DNA of 64,000 bases from a virus. The stretch's first letter is position 1; each line of letters begins with the position of its first letter. Below the pieces are notes generated by a model that saw nothing but the letters and a program-made list of their open reading frames with translations, was not told the origin of the DNA and made no database searches. Both the position numbers and the translations under genes were made by a program. The DNA lies in IMG/VR virus record IMGVR_UViG_3300045988_172839, positions 174,526-238,525 of that record. One strand, given 5' to 3'. This document shows, one piece after another, positions 18,596 to 28,862 of the stretch.

Positions 18596-19153
18596 TTACT
18601 CCTTACAATCCAAAGCCTTTTGAAACTCTTCACTTGTGTGTTGAGTTCCACCCTTGTTAATCAAAACATAAAAGTCAATTAAGTCATTCCAAGCTTCAAT
18701 GTAAGAGTGGACAATGCTGATTGGATACCGCTTGATATTTAGCCATTCTTGGAAAGACAAATCAGTTACATAATATTCTTTACCCTCAAAGGTAATCGGA
18801 AATTGACCTGTTAAAAACTCTAAAATTGCAGTAAACCGTTGTTGACCATCAAATAAAACGTGATCCATTTTAGCACGTTTTTCATCCTCGTCAAACCACC
18901 AATCGTTTAGGTAAAACGCACCAATAGGCAAACCATTAAGCATAGATACAATCAAATTCTCCTTCTGCTCTTGTGTCCAAACCAGTCCACGTTGAAACTC
19001 TGGGAACCAAGAACCGTTAGGATGTTCCTCACAGTATGTTGTGTAAGTATTGTACAAACTTTCAAAGCTAGAGGAATATGTGTCACACCGAACTGTCTTA
19101 ATATCAACACCTTGATTTTCTTTATTTGGTCGAAATTTAGATAGATTAGACAT
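18596..19153 (-). CDS. DUF262 (ParB/Srx-like, GmrSD N-terminal type) domain protein
   Basis: FQRGLVWTQEQKENLIVSMLNGLPIG ... FDGQQRFTAILEF matches the DUF262 QR/DGQQR signature. Confidence 0.6.
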   Translation of the reverse strand: MSNLSKFRPNKENQGVDIKTVRCDTYSSSFESLYNTYTTYCEEHPNGSWFPEFQRGLVWTQEQKENLIVSMLNGLPIGAFYLNDWWFDEDEKRAKMDHVLFDGQQRFTAILEFLTGQFPITFEGKEYYVTDLSFQEWLNIKRYPISIVHSYIEAWNDLIDFYVLINKGGTQHTSEEFQKALDCKE

Positions 19154-19154
19154 C

Positions 19155-19553
19155 TCAAAGCTCCTTCTTTAATTGCATAAGCGTCAATTCTTGTCCAAAC
19201 ATGAAATAAAAATACTTCCCTTGCGATACATAATCTCTTACTGCTCTTACAAAAGCTAATTGACGAGTCTTAGAACTCTCTAACTTCAACTGATTTGTTT
19301 CATTCAACTTCAAGTTCAAAATGCGAGTAATATACTCTTTTTGCGAAGGTGTAAGCTCAGACATAGCGTAGATACCCAATTCACGAGCGAAAACTTTTCT
19401 TAAATCATTGAACAATGCTTTACGGTTACGTTGTCCATTGTGTATAGGTTGCAAATAACCCTTACCTTTTGCCCCATGACCTTTAAAACCTTGATAATCT
19501 CCACGAATTACCATAGACTCCAATTTGTTAAAATCTAGTAGTGTTGGTTTCAT
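19155..19553 (-). CDS. hypothetical protein
   Basis: 132 aa; AAAGGAGAAAAGG RBS. Confidence 0.5.
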   Translation of the reverse strand: MKPTLLDFNKLESMVIRGDYQGFKGHGAKGKGYLQPIHNGQRNRKALFNDLRKVFARELGIYAMSELTPSQKEYITRILNLKLNETNQLKLESSKTRQLAFVRAVRDYVSQGKYFYFMFGQELTLMQLKKEL

Positions 19554-19582
19554 AACCTTTTCTCCTTTTCTTAATTATCTCT

Positions 19583-19611
19583 ATTATATCAAAATAATTA
19601 AATTAAGTCAA
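19583..19611 (-). promoter_or_regulatory. sigma-A-type promoter (TTGACT-N17-TATAAT)
   Basis: TATAAT at 19583-19588 and TTGACT at 19606-19611. Confidence 0.65.
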
Positions 19612-19613
19612 GC

Positions 19614-19640
19614 AAAAAGAGAGGATATACCTCTCTTTTC
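19614..19640 (-). terminator. intrinsic terminator
   Basis: hairpin aaaagagagg/cctctctttt after the stop of 19653..20249. Confidence 0.6.
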
Positions 19641-19652
19641 TTCAATTCAAGT

Positions 19653-20249
19653 TTACCTCGGAATTTCTTTAATTTGTACAGTTTGATTTACGAACATATC
19701 TTCAAAAGACTTAAATGTATTTTGAAGCCAATCAAGATTTTCAACCACTTCTGTTTCGTGAATCGCTCGTTTTAAAATAGCTCTAGTACGAACAGGGAAT
19801 TTTTCGCTAGGTATAAGAACTTTTTCAAGTGCTATCTCACCAACTTTGTTACCCAAACGAGTTAAGTCTTTTTCATAATACTTATAAGCTATAATAACTA
19901 ACGTTTCATTAACATATTTGAAAAGGTAAGTTATATCTTTTAAAGTTAAAGTTAAACTGTCATCTTCTAACATAGTTGCTCTGTAAAAAGACCCTTTGAA
20001 ATACTTAGCTAACTGTACATATAAGTATAAGTTACTCTCTTGGTAATCTAACCACTCTACCAAATCTAAGTAGTAATCACTAACAATATATGCAATTAGA
20101 TCAAAGCTAGGCTTCGAGTGATAGCTTAATCTCAACAAACCCCACGTAGGTTCAAAATCGAATTTGAGTTGGGAGATACCGCTATCCTTTAACCTTTGAT
20201 TTAGTTCCGTTACTTTCTTTTCAACTTGTGTTCTTTGTTCTAAATTCAT
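19653..20249 (-). CDS. hypothetical protein, tandem paralog A
   Basis: NLEQRTQVEKKVTELNQRLKDSGISQLKFDF aligns with the N-terminus of 20250..20900. Confidence 0.55.
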   Translation of the reverse strand: MNLEQRTQVEKKVTELNQRLKDSGISQLKFDFEPTWGLLRLSYHSKPSFDLIAYIVSDYYLDLVEWLDYQESNLYLYVQLAKYFKGSFYRATMLEDDSLTLTLKDITYLFKYVNETLVIIAYKYYEKDLTRLGNKVGEIALEKVLIPSEKFPVRTRAILKRAIHETEVVENLDWLQNTFKSFEDMFVNQTVQIKEIPR

Positions 20250-20900
20250 CTAATTAACCTCACTAAATTCTACGGTACGTTCAAATTCTTTAAATGTATC
20301 TTGCACGAAATCTAAAAAGTCGATTAACTCAGTCTCAGACAAATTTCGAGTTATTGAAACTTTTGTACCTAGATATTCACGATTATATAGGGGAGTTACA
20401 CATTCTAACTTCAACTCACCCACTTCCAAACCCAATTTAACTAAATCCTTACCAAAGTAATATTTAAAAGCAGTAACTACTAAATGCTCTTTATCATAAC
20501 TAAAAATATAAGCCAGTCGATTTAAAACCAAAGTAACTGTAGAATCATTTGGAATGATAGCGTGGGCAAAACCGTCTCCGAAATATGAAATAAGTTGTTT
20601 ATACAAGTAAAATTGAGTTTCTTGAGTTTTCAACCACTCAAGTATTTCTATTGGAGTAGAGTCTACAACAGAACCAACCCATTCATTATAGCCATTAGCA
20701 ATATAACTTAACTGAACTAAGTCACCCTCAGAATCAAAATCATAATGCAGTTGAGGGATACCACTATCCTTTACTTGCTGATTTAGTTGTGCTACTCTGT
20801 TTTCAATTTGTGTTCTTTCTTCTAAATTCACTGACAAACCCCCTTTGTATTTCGTTCCCCTATAAGCGTTCTTAGTCCTAAGTTTGAATAGGTTAAACAC
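20250..20900 (-). CDS. hypothetical protein, tandem paralog B
   Basis: NLEERTQIENRVAQLNQQVKDSGIPQLHYDF. Confidence 0.55.
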   Translation of the reverse strand: MFNLFKLRTKNAYRGTKYKGGLSVNLEERTQIENRVAQLNQQVKDSGIPQLHYDFDSEGDLVQLSYIANGYNEWVGSVVDSTPIEILEWLKTQETQFYLYKQLISYFGDGFAHAIIPNDSTVTLVLNRLAYIFSYDKEHLVVTAFKYYFGKDLVKLGLEVGELKLECVTPLYNREYLGTKVSITRNLSETELIDFLDFVQDTFKEFERTVEFSEVN

Positions 20901-20903
20901 GTT

Positions 20904-21290
20904 TTAGGAATTTTCTCCATCAGAAACCAGTTCTTCATATTTAATAATATAAGAAACCTTAGACCAAACTCTCTTATCATAAAATGTAATGGGGATAAAA
21001 GAATATAAATCCCCCACTAAATATTGATAAATCAGTCTTAAAGCATCTTCTTTTACAGAGGTGTTCAAACCACTTGGGTCGGAACAAATAAAACTACCTA
21101 CGTTTAAATCATCTGCAGTCAGGTCTGCAAACTCAAACTCTGAACGCATAAAATTAATACCGAAGTCAATAACTGCTGACAAGTCTTCACTTTCGATTGT
21201 TTGCAGCAAACTCAATTTAAACTCCGATTCGTTAGCTTTTATGGAAGAATAAGGCTCCCTGTAAATTTCAATTCTGTGCATCATAATCAA
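20904..21290 (-). CDS. hypothetical protein
   Basis: 128-aa ORF in array. Confidence 0.5.
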   Translation of the reverse strand: MIMMHRIEIYREPYSSIKANESEFKLSLLQTIESEDLSAVIDFGINFMRSEFEFADLTADDLNVGSFICSDPSGLNTSVKEDALRLIYQYLVGDLYSFIPITFYDKRVWSKVSYIIKYEELVSDGENS

Positions 21291-22717
21291 TCTCCTACTT
21301 CAAGCAAACCCTCACTGAGCATAAAAGGCAAAGGTGCTTGTTTTAATTTTTCTTTTGGAACACACTCAGACAAAGCAGACTCAGATGCTCTAGCCATGTC
21401 AATCAACCAAAAATCAGAGCCGTTTTGCATCACATCGATAGACCACTGACCTTTCAATTTACAGTCTTTGAGCAGGTTTGAAACCTCAGATACCACTAAG
21501 TCTTTGTTCTCTTCATAACGTTTCATGAGAGTTTCTTCATGGTTGATATAGTTGATGTAATCGTGCTGTTTTTGAACATCATTTAAACTACCTAAGTCCA
21601 AGAAGTGTTCTTTCATAACTGAGGGTTCCCAGTATGGGGAGATGCCGATAATCTCTTTTGTATCGAAGTCTACAAACACTCGATATTCTGTATGTAAAGG
21701 TAAACCATTATAAATTGTAGGATTATCTTCTTTGTCCTCAATGAACTCTCGAACCACCCACTCATTGTTAGAAGAAACTCCATAAACCACCTGATTATTT
21801 AAAGGCGAAGCGAACTGACTTGCTTGGTGTTGAATAAACCACAAGTAAGAGCCTAGCTCTGAAACTTCTTGACCTTTGGTAACTTTGGCGTTTCTAAAGT
21901 CAAACTTAGATGAAAACGTACCTGTTTTGATAAAGTAGTCTTTCTCTAAATCTAAATCGAAAACCTTTTGAGCATATTGGTTGATAATCCCAAGACTTAA
22001 AGGGTTTAAATCTTGAAACTCATAGACACGTGTACTTTGTAATAGCGTTAATGGCACTTTGATAATACGAGTTTTTGGGATTTTGAAAAACCTAGTTTTA
22101 TCTACAACTTGCTTAATTGGAAGCAACCAATTTGACATAGCATTTGGGTCTAAATGCAATAGGCGATAAAGCAACTCATCAATATCCAAAATATCTAACC
22201 CTTGGCGGAACGTATGATAAAAGTGCATGTTTCTTGTCTCAACGTAGCGTTTATAAAGACTAAGTAAGGTTTTACCACTAGGTTCAGGAACATCTTGCTT
22301 TGCGAGATACCCTGTGAACTGCACTCCAAGTTGTTTTTCCAACTTCGGAGCTACTTCTTTCTCATAGTGTTGAATAGGGTTTGGTAAAGCTAGTACATCT
22401 CCTACTTCGGAATCCCAAATTATAGTCTGAGAGACCAACTCCTCTACTATCTTCTTAACAACCTCTTCTGTTTCTGAGGTCAAATCTACTAATTTATCTG
22501 ATTTTGCAATTTGTTTTTGAGCGTTCTGTTGAGCTAAGTTAGGCGTTTCTAACTTACTCTCAACTTCTTCATAAGCACTCTCAAAGGCACTTTGTCTCAC
22601 TGAATTGTTTTTAATAAGCAAAGCTAAAGTGTCAAGTTCAGCTTTGCTATATGACCGTTTAGGACTTAAATCCGATAAAATAGACTTAGACTTCAAATTT
22701 TTAAATAAATCAAACAT
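21287..22717 (-). CDS. ATP-grasp-like protein (tentative)
   Basis: C-terminal WSIDVMQNGSDFWLIDMA resembles the last strand/metal-binding region of ATP-grasp enzymes; weak. Confidence 0.3.
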   Translation of the reverse strand: MFDLFKNLKSKSILSDLSPKRSYSKAELDTLALLIKNNSVRQSAFESAYEEVESKLETPNLAQQNAQKQIAKSDKLVDLTSETEEVVKKIVEELVSQTIIWDSEVGDVLALPNPIQHYEKEVAPKLEKQLGVQFTGYLAKQDVPEPSGKTLLSLYKRYVETRNMHFYHTFRQGLDILDIDELLYRLLHLDPNAMSNWLLPIKQVVDKTRFFKIPKTRIIKVPLTLLQSTRVYEFQDLNPLSLGIINQYAQKVFDLDLEKDYFIKTGTFSSKFDFRNAKVTKGQEVSELGSYLWFIQHQASQFASPLNNQVVYGVSSNNEWVVREFIEDKEDNPTIYNGLPLHTEYRVFVDFDTKEIIGISPYWEPSVMKEHFLDLGSLNDVQKQHDYINYINHEETLMKRYEENKDLVVSEVSNLLKDCKLKGQWSIDVMQNGSDFWLIDMARASESALSECVPKEKLKQAPLPFMLSEGLLEVGD

Positions 22718-22747
22718 TGGACTTCTTTCTTTTCTAGTTAGTTAGAT

Positions 22748-23035
22748 TTAAAATTTGGGAAGGAACTCAAAAGTATGATACCCTTTCCTTATATTTCTGA
22801 GGTGCAAATCCAACTCTTCCAAAGTTTTAAAGTAGTTGGTACATTTAACTTCCCCAATTTTATCACTTTTACGCAAGACTTCAATTACCTTATAATCCCA
22901 GTCTCTTGAAATAATGCGGATATGGTGCGTATTGAAACCTCGTCTTAAGGTGAAATCATAAAGCGAACCATTACTTTCGAAGTCTGGTTCATCAAAAATT
23001 TCTTGGATTATAGTTGTTAACTCAGACATACTCAA
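22748..23035 (-). CDS. hypothetical protein
   Basis: 95-aa ORF in array. Confidence 0.45.
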   Translation of the reverse strand: MSMSELTTIIQEIFDEPDFESNGSLYDFTLRRGFNTHHIRIISRDWDYKVIEVLRKSDKIGEVKCTNYFKTLEELDLHLRNIRKGYHTFEFLPKF

Positions 23036-23295
23036 CCTCTGGGACTCAAATCGAACAAACTTAAAAAGTTCTTCAAATAAGCAAGAGATTTGAACTTGTG
23101 CGTTTTGGAGATACTACTTACTAGTTCTTTAGAGGTGTAGGTTTCAACAACCTTAACGAAATTACCTACTTGTATCAAAGTAAGTACAAACTCATCAGCA
23201 CCTCGGTTGAAAACAAGCGTTAAAACATCTTCCGTTCGCTCAAGCTCTGTATATTTCAATTCCTTTTCGATAAATTGTTTAACTTCTTCTAACAT
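23032..23295 (-). CDS. hypothetical protein
   Basis: 87-aa ORF in array. Confidence 0.45.
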   Translation of the reverse strand: MLEEVKQFIEKELKYTELERTEDVLTLVFNRGADEFVLTLIQVGNFVKVVETYTSKELVSSISKTHKFKSLAYLKNFLSLFDLSPRG

Positions 23296-23300
23296 ACTCT

Positions 23301-23738
23301 CTACTTTCTAGGAGAAAAATACCCAATCGGAAAACCATCTATAACCCCATTTGAATTATAGTTCAAACAAATTACTGAACCATTTGACTGTTCAACTTGA
23401 ATAGTTACCTCAGTCGGAGCAATCTCTTGATATTCAATCTTTTCCCCTACCCAATTCAAAAAGCTAGAAGAGTAAGTCGAAACTTCAACTGTATAACCAT
23501 TCAAAACCAAACCAAGCAAAGAAGTATAAACGACACCTAAATGCTCTGGGTGGAAATAAGCTTCTGGTTTAGGGAAGTTGACTTCTCTACGGTTGGATAA
23601 AGCAATCAACTTGACTGCACTCCAATATCTATCTAAATTCTCACTAGAGGTTGCACTTACAGACAAACCTCCTAAATCAACTAAAGACTTCCCGTTTAAC
23701 TTAGTCTTCTGACCAATTTCTGAATAAATGTGTAACAT
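23301..23738 (-). CDS. hypothetical protein, tandem paralog A
   Basis: KLNGKSLVDLGGLSVSATSSENL and C-terminal PIGYFSP align with 23748..24215. Confidence 0.55.
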   Translation of the reverse strand: MLHIYSEIGQKTKLNGKSLVDLGGLSVSATSSENLDRYWSAVKLIALSNRREVNFPKPEAYFHPEHLGVVYTSLLGLVLNGYTVEVSTYSSSFLNWVGEKIEYQEIAPTEVTIQVEQSNGSVICLNYNSNGVIDGFPIGYFSPRK

Positions 23739-23747
23739 ACAAAAACC

Positions 23748-24215
23748 TCACAAACTTAAATCAAACGGAGCGCTAGGTTCAAAGTAACCTACTGGCCAAT
23801 TATGGATGCGACCTTGTTCATCAAAGCGCAACTCTTTTCTACCGCCATCTTCAAGTTCAAACTGGATACGAACTAATTCTGTTGGAACGGAACCTCGTAA
23901 AATGCTCTCTCCAACTAAGTTAAGGAGAGTGTCGTCATAAACTGAAAAGTCGATTGTAACTGCGCGCTCCATGATAAGATACCGCAAGTATTCATAGACT
24001 TCTCTTAGGTGAATTGGGTGGAAATAACTTGTCATATTAGGGAAATTGACTACTTTACCTCCAAACTCACCACTCTGAATAATAGGGTTAATTTGTGTTG
24101 TAAACAACTCTAAATTCTCCAAAGAAGACTTACGAGTTGAAAGTCCAAATAAGTCTACAAGAGACTTACCTCTCAATCTTGGGTTTTGATAAATTCCTGA
24201 TTTGATAATAAACAT
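23748..24215 (-). CDS. hypothetical protein, tandem paralog B
   Basis: RLRGKSLVDLFGLSTRKSSLENL ... PVGYFEP. Confidence 0.55.
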   Translation of the reverse strand: MFIIKSGIYQNPRLRGKSLVDLFGLSTRKSSLENLELFTTQINPIIQSGEFGGKVVNFPNMTSYFHPIHLREVYEYLRYLIMERAVTIDFSVYDDTLLNLVGESILRGSVPTELVRIQFELEDGGRKELRFDEQGRIHNWPVGYFEPSAPFDLSL

Positions 24216-24225
24216 GTTCTTTTAC

Positions 24226-24462
24226 CTACCTTTCTATTGACGGGGGAACATTGAGTTCGTAACCATAACTTTTAGAAACCACAGTAACGTGTGGATACCC
24301 TTTGGTAATCAAGAGCTTTTTCAGATCATCTAAGTCCAACAAATCTAAAATGACCGTTCCGTTAATGCGAACTAGTACATGGTTTTGCGACTTAAATAAC
24401 TTCTCTAGTAATTGTGGTAGAGTCTCTGAAGTGAGTTCTACCTTTTCTTTCTCTACTTTCAA
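24226..24462 (-). CDS. hypothetical protein
   Basis: 78 aa, TTG start with AGGAGAA 9 nt upstream. Confidence 0.5.
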   Translation of the reverse strand: MKVEKEKVELTSETLPQLLEKLFKSQNHVLVRINGTVILDLLDLDDLKKLLITKGYPHVTVVSKSYGYELNVPPSIER

Positions 24463-24494
24463 AATTTAGTTCTCCTATTGATTTAATTTCTCTT

Positions 24495-24523
24495 ATTATA
24501 TCAAAAAGTTGTAAGAATGTCAA
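24495..24523 (-). promoter_or_regulatory. sigma-A-type promoter (TTGACA-N17-TATAAT)
   Basis: TATAAT at 24495-24500 and TTGACA at 24518-24523. Confidence 0.7.
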
Positions 24524-24550
24524 GTAATCAACTAGCAAAAAGGTAAAAAG

Positions 24551-24572
24551 AAAAGAGAGCGTTAGCTCTCTT
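24551..24572 (-). terminator. intrinsic terminator
   Basis: agagagc-gtta-gctctct hairpin followed by a U-run on the minus RNA, after the stop of the 1414-aa gene. Confidence 0.6.
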
Positions 24573-24617
24573 AACTACATTTTGAAAACCTAAGAGAAAA
24601 AGCGGATACCCCTACCC

Positions 24618-27600
24618 TTAGTGTTTCGACTTGTCCATTTCTTTCCAATTCTCAGCAACAGAGGAACCTGCTTGACGGAAGACTCTTGCAGCCTTATTGA
24701 AGAATCCACCGACATGACTTGCTCCTTGGAAACCAACCCCAAGACCTGCACCTATAGCCGAAGCGACTGCTCTACCAGTATGACCTTCAGCCATGTGTTC
24801 TCTTGCTTTCTGCCAACGTTTTTGACGGAAAGATTTCCCTTTGCTATTTCCTCTACGGAAAACTTGTTGTCTACGGTCATAGCTTGATAAGAACGGTTGT
24901 CTTTCAAGTATCATTTCTTCAACCTCTGCTCTTGTAAAGGTGTATGTACCGACTTGTAAGTCTTGCAACATAGAATAACGCTTAAATGCAGTTTCTACAA
25001 CTGCTTTAGAACTACTAGACTCCATAAGGTCAAATTCTCTATAAGCATAATCCATAGAGTCAAAGACTAAAGAAGTTGGGTTCAAATACTGTCTAATCAG
25101 TTTCCAATCGAATAATTCTCCGAAACCTCCACTGTCCCATAAAGAAATAGAGTATGGGGAAACTTCAGGACTAAATTGGATACCCTCTTTCTCTGGTTCA
25201 TAAAGTAAACCATTGAAGTACAACTGACGACCAATAATTTCAATCTTACGAACTCTACTCCAATCACCAAAGTAAGTGTAAATATCCTCTAACAAATACT
25301 CTCTCAAGTCTTGGTCATCTTTAATGACTACACCTGCTTGATGTGAAGCAACTCGACTCATAGTTGTTCTATCATTCAATTCCTCAGTAGAAACAATCGT
25401 CTCTACTTTAGGAATACTAGCACCTTGCAAACCAAAGGCAGACTGCAAAACAGACATAAGTGCTTGTTCGGATACCCCTAATTGACTTGCTAAAGTGGAA
25501 GCAACATTTACAGAGTCAGCTACACTAGGTGTTTTCGCTTGTGCGCTCTCATAAGGCTCAGATTGCTCTCTGGTCCATTTTTGAGGTTCAACCTCTAAGT
25601 TATCGACTGATGAGTTTAAATCGCTCTCAGACGAAACTGGAGATTCTGAGGTAGGCTCTGAGATAATTTCTTCGTGAAGGTCTGAGAAGCTTGAAGTGTC
25701 TTCTTCCTCAGAAAGAGAGGTTGGTTCTTCTACTTCATCTGCTTTGACTTCTTTAGTCGCAAACTCTGGACGGAGGTCTACAATATTAGAACCCTCAGAA
25801 ACCTGATCAGTTGCTCCACCACTTTGTTTAAAATCAACTAACTCAGTTAATAACTCATTAACTTTGTAGTAAACAGTTTCTTTTTTCTTAGCTAAATAAG
25901 CGTCTTGGTTGGTGAAAGCCATAACGACATCTTCACAAGAGAAGTTCCACTCAGGTCTTAAATCTAAAAGGAACTCTAAGTAAGAACCCTTATAACCCAT
26001 TTGTGCTACAACCAGGTCAGCAATCTCTCTTGCACGTACAAAAGAACGACTAATATCACTGGAACCTAAAGCCTTCAAATACCCTAGAACACCAATACGT
26101 TCATCCCACTCACTTGGATTGTCTGGATTTGAATTGCGAGACTTAATAGACTCTGCTTTGCTTCCTAAGTTCTTCTCCAACTGAGTAACACAGGAACCTT
26201 GGGAGTCACCTAAAATCAAATAAGGTTTAAAGTAGACTGCCCCACCCTCCATTTGAGAGTTAACCGAGCGAGCTAAACCTTTATTTTGTGGATTTTCGTC
26301 TCGAATAGTTGGGAAATCTACACTACCAAAATAGGCAAATCTACGAGAACTTGAAGTGAGATACCGCTTAGAGTCTGACCCATTTTGACTAGACCAATAC
26401 TGAGACTTCTCAGTACCTTTGTAGCCAACCATGAAGCCTGTGTCTAAGTTCAACAATGTATACAACCAAGGGTCTACTACACCATTCTTATAGTCACAAG
26501 CTGCTTTAAAGGAGGATGCATCATTTCCTTTATTTCTAGGAAGTCGTTCAAAACCACCTATGTTAAAGCTCTGACCCACTAAATAAATACTTGAACGTAA
26601 ACTCTCCTCATTTTGAAAGCCTGCTTTTTTCAACTTGTTCAATAGTTGCATACTTTCATCTAATTTATCGTACAAGTCTCTTAAATAAGCTCTATCTCTA
26701 TAATCATCGGACTTTTCTTCCAAAGCTCGTTCAAATTTGCGAGTTGCTTGTTCTTTTAGTAAACCACCTAAGTAATTTTGACCTAAATCTACAAGCTCAT
26801 CTAATTCTGGATCTGACATAATACTTTGGAACCAGCCACCATTAGAACTCAAAGCCTTAGAACCAAATAGGTTAGACCAGTTTGTAACCTCGTCGAAAAT
26901 TCCGAGGATACCTTCATCACCTCCAAGTTTTTCATAGAGAGCAACATCACTAGCTTTTACAGTAGCACGGAGAGAAACAATACCCATGACAAGTAACATG
27001 TGGCGATAAAAAGCCATATCTCCCCAAGCACCTGTGTAACGCTTTTGAGAACTGCTCACACCACTAAACCACTTAGGTATAGACTTGTCGAACCAACCCA
27101 TAATCGTTGGGTTGTTATCCCAATCCAACTGCTCAGAAATGTTGTTGACAACGGGCATAGCAGACTTATTGAAAACACCAGCTTGGATAAAGTAACCTTT
27201 CGGAATTCCATTAGAATCAGCTCCACCAAAGGCAATGTAGTAAGGAACCATTGTGTCTGGTTTACCATCACCTCCAAATACTGGACGACCGTTAGCAATC
27301 GATACCGCTAAACCATTAGAAATGGAAACTCCTTTCCCTGAGCGAGAACCAGCCCAATAAGTGAGCACCAACTTTGCTCCAGCGTTTATAGCTGCTGTTA
27401 GTTCATTAGACGAAGTTAAAATACGACCATCAAGACCTTTACCTAACAACTGATAACCATAAGTTAGTTTCTCACCTTTTCTTTGTAAAGACTCCAAAGC
27501 TTTATAGGCAAATAAAGGCTCACTCTCTGCAATTTCTGGTTTTGCAATATGAGAATAGTGACTCACTCGAACATCTTTAAAGTCTTTGACTAAAGGAGCT

Positions 27601-28862
27601 TCAAAGTCGCCACCATAATCAAAAACATCAGTGTATAAAGCACTAGTATGATTGAACTCACTGTTTTGCAACTCCGAAATTGGGGCTGATACCACCCACT
27701 CAGCGGACGCCCATTTCTCGTCTTCCATCATTCCTACATGGTTTTTCAAGATAGAAAATGTTGAGAAAGTAGCTTTGAACTTAGCTAGATAATCTTTGAA
27801 CACTTGGTTGTCTGTTGGAGTAATTGGTCTTGTCGCACCTTTACCGAAGTAAGCAACTTTGTCTGACCAAAAATACCCATCTTGGTAAGTATCACACACC
27901 AACACCAAATACTCCCAAGCTCTCTTTGTTAAGTAATCTTTAATTGATTCACGCTGACCATCTGAACCTTTCCACTTCATAGGAACTGAAGGGAAGTTCA
28001 AATCATCTTTTTGAACCGTTACTTTACGACTTAAAGCAAACTCCAACATCTTGTAAGGGTAATAAATAGGTTTACTTGACTCTACAATTTCTTTTAAGTC
28101 TACTTGTCTTGAAGTGTTTACCGAAATAGAGCGAAGAGGAGAAAACATAGCTTCTCCTGCATAGTAAGATGCAGTATAATTTGGTTGGACTGCTTGTTCT
28201 CCTTGGATAATCACCATAGGCAGATCAGGTAGACCAACTACGACCCCTTCGTATTTATCTAATTCATAGCCTGCTTCAAAAGCAAAATCATAAATATCAA
28301 GCAAAGAGTCAACCAAAGAAACCACATCAGCGTTCAATTTACTTGACGACTTTAAAGCCTTTATTTTTCTAGCGAAAGTCTCATCTTCAACAGAAACCAA
28401 ACTGTCTTTGATTTCTGAGGATACCGAAGTGGGGTCAAACTCTAAATCTAAAGCCTTTGAAACAGTCGCAATATCATCAATTAAGAAGTGTTCTAATTGT
28501 TCGGCTTTTAAGTCTTTCAAAGAATTAGAGCGCAAGTCGGAGACCGCTAACTGATTTTTCAGTTGGTTTTCAACAGAATGAACTGCTAACTCTGACTCTA
28601 ACTGAGTATAAATCGGTTTTAAGTCACTAAAACCAAAGGTAAACCCGCTTGCTTTTCTATCTAAAGAAAGTTGACCGAAGGCACAAGCTAACATACAAGT
28701 AGCATAGAAATAAACGACCTCATCTGAACCTTCAAGTCCGTTTTCTACTAATTCCTCTACAGAACTGTAGACTACATCTACAATCTGTTGATTGTCTAAA
28801 CCTAAACCAAGTTGGTTTGAGATTTTCTCCATCTGGTCTTGTACTTTACTCACTAATCTCAC
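24618..28862 (-). CDS. very large protein with a central P-loop NTPase-like region
   Basis: 1414 aa; YWAGSRSGKGVS (Walker A-like) and GILGIFDEVTNW (Walker B-like), acidic Ser/Glu-rich linker near residue 1000; family not identified. Confidence 0.55.
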   Translation of the reverse strand: MRLVSKVQDQMEKISNQLGLGLDNQQIVDVVYSSVEELVENGLEGSDEVVYFYATCMLACAFGQLSLDRKASGFTFGFSDLKPIYTQLESELAVHSVENQLKNQLAVSDLRSNSLKDLKAEQLEHFLIDDIATVSKALDLEFDPTSVSSEIKDSLVSVEDETFARKIKALKSSSKLNADVVSLVDSLLDIYDFAFEAGYELDKYEGVVVGLPDLPMVIIQGEQAVQPNYTASYYAGEAMFSPLRSISVNTSRQVDLKEIVESSKPIYYPYKMLEFALSRKVTVQKDDLNFPSVPMKWKGSDGQRESIKDYLTKRAWEYLVLVCDTYQDGYFWSDKVAYFGKGATRPITPTDNQVFKDYLAKFKATFSTFSILKNHVGMMEDEKWASAEWVVSAPISELQNSEFNHTSALYTDVFDYGGDFEAPLVKDFKDVRVSHYSHIAKPEIAESEPLFAYKALESLQRKGEKLTYGYQLLGKGLDGRILTSSNELTAAINAGAKLVLTYWAGSRSGKGVSISNGLAVSIANGRPVFGGDGKPDTMVPYYIAFGGADSNGIPKGYFIQAGVFNKSAMPVVNNISEQLDWDNNPTIMGWFDKSIPKWFSGVSSSQKRYTGAWGDMAFYRHMLLVMGIVSLRATVKASDVALYEKLGGDEGILGIFDEVTNWSNLFGSKALSSNGGWFQSIMSDPELDELVDLGQNYLGGLLKEQATRKFERALEEKSDDYRDRAYLRDLYDKLDESMQLLNKLKKAGFQNEESLRSSIYLVGQSFNIGGFERLPRNKGNDASSFKAACDYKNGVVDPWLYTLLNLDTGFMVGYKGTEKSQYWSSQNGSDSKRYLTSSSRRFAYFGSVDFPTIRDENPQNKGLARSVNSQMEGGAVYFKPYLILGDSQGSCVTQLEKNLGSKAESIKSRNSNPDNPSEWDERIGVLGYLKALGSSDISRSFVRAREIADLVVAQMGYKGSYLEFLLDLRPEWNFSCEDVVMAFTNQDAYLAKKKETVYYKVNELLTELVDFKQSGGATDQVSEGSNIVDLRPEFATKEVKADEVEEPTSLSEEEDTSSFSDLHEEIISEPTSESPVSSESDLNSSVDNLEVEPQKWTREQSEPYESAQAKTPSVADSVNVASTLASQLGVSEQALMSVLQSAFGLQGASIPKVETIVSTEELNDRTTMSRVASHQAGVVIKDDQDLREYLLEDIYTYFGDWSRVRKIEIIGRQLYFNGLLYEPEKEGIQFSPEVSPYSISLWDSGGFGELFDWKLIRQYLNPTSLVFDSMDYAYREFDLMESSSSKAVVETAFKRYSMLQDLQVGTYTFTRAEVEEMILERQPFLSSYDRRQQVFRRGNSKGKSFRQKRWQKAREHMAEGHTGRAVASAIGAGLGVGFQGASHVGGFFNKAARVFRQAGSSVAENWKEMDKSKH

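Noticed and set aside
18952-19158. Minus-strand 68-aa ORF overlapping the DUF262 gene in another frame, and likewise 27056..27298 inside the 1414-aa gene
   Set aside because: Both are nested alternative-frame ORFs with low-complexity translations and no independent signals.
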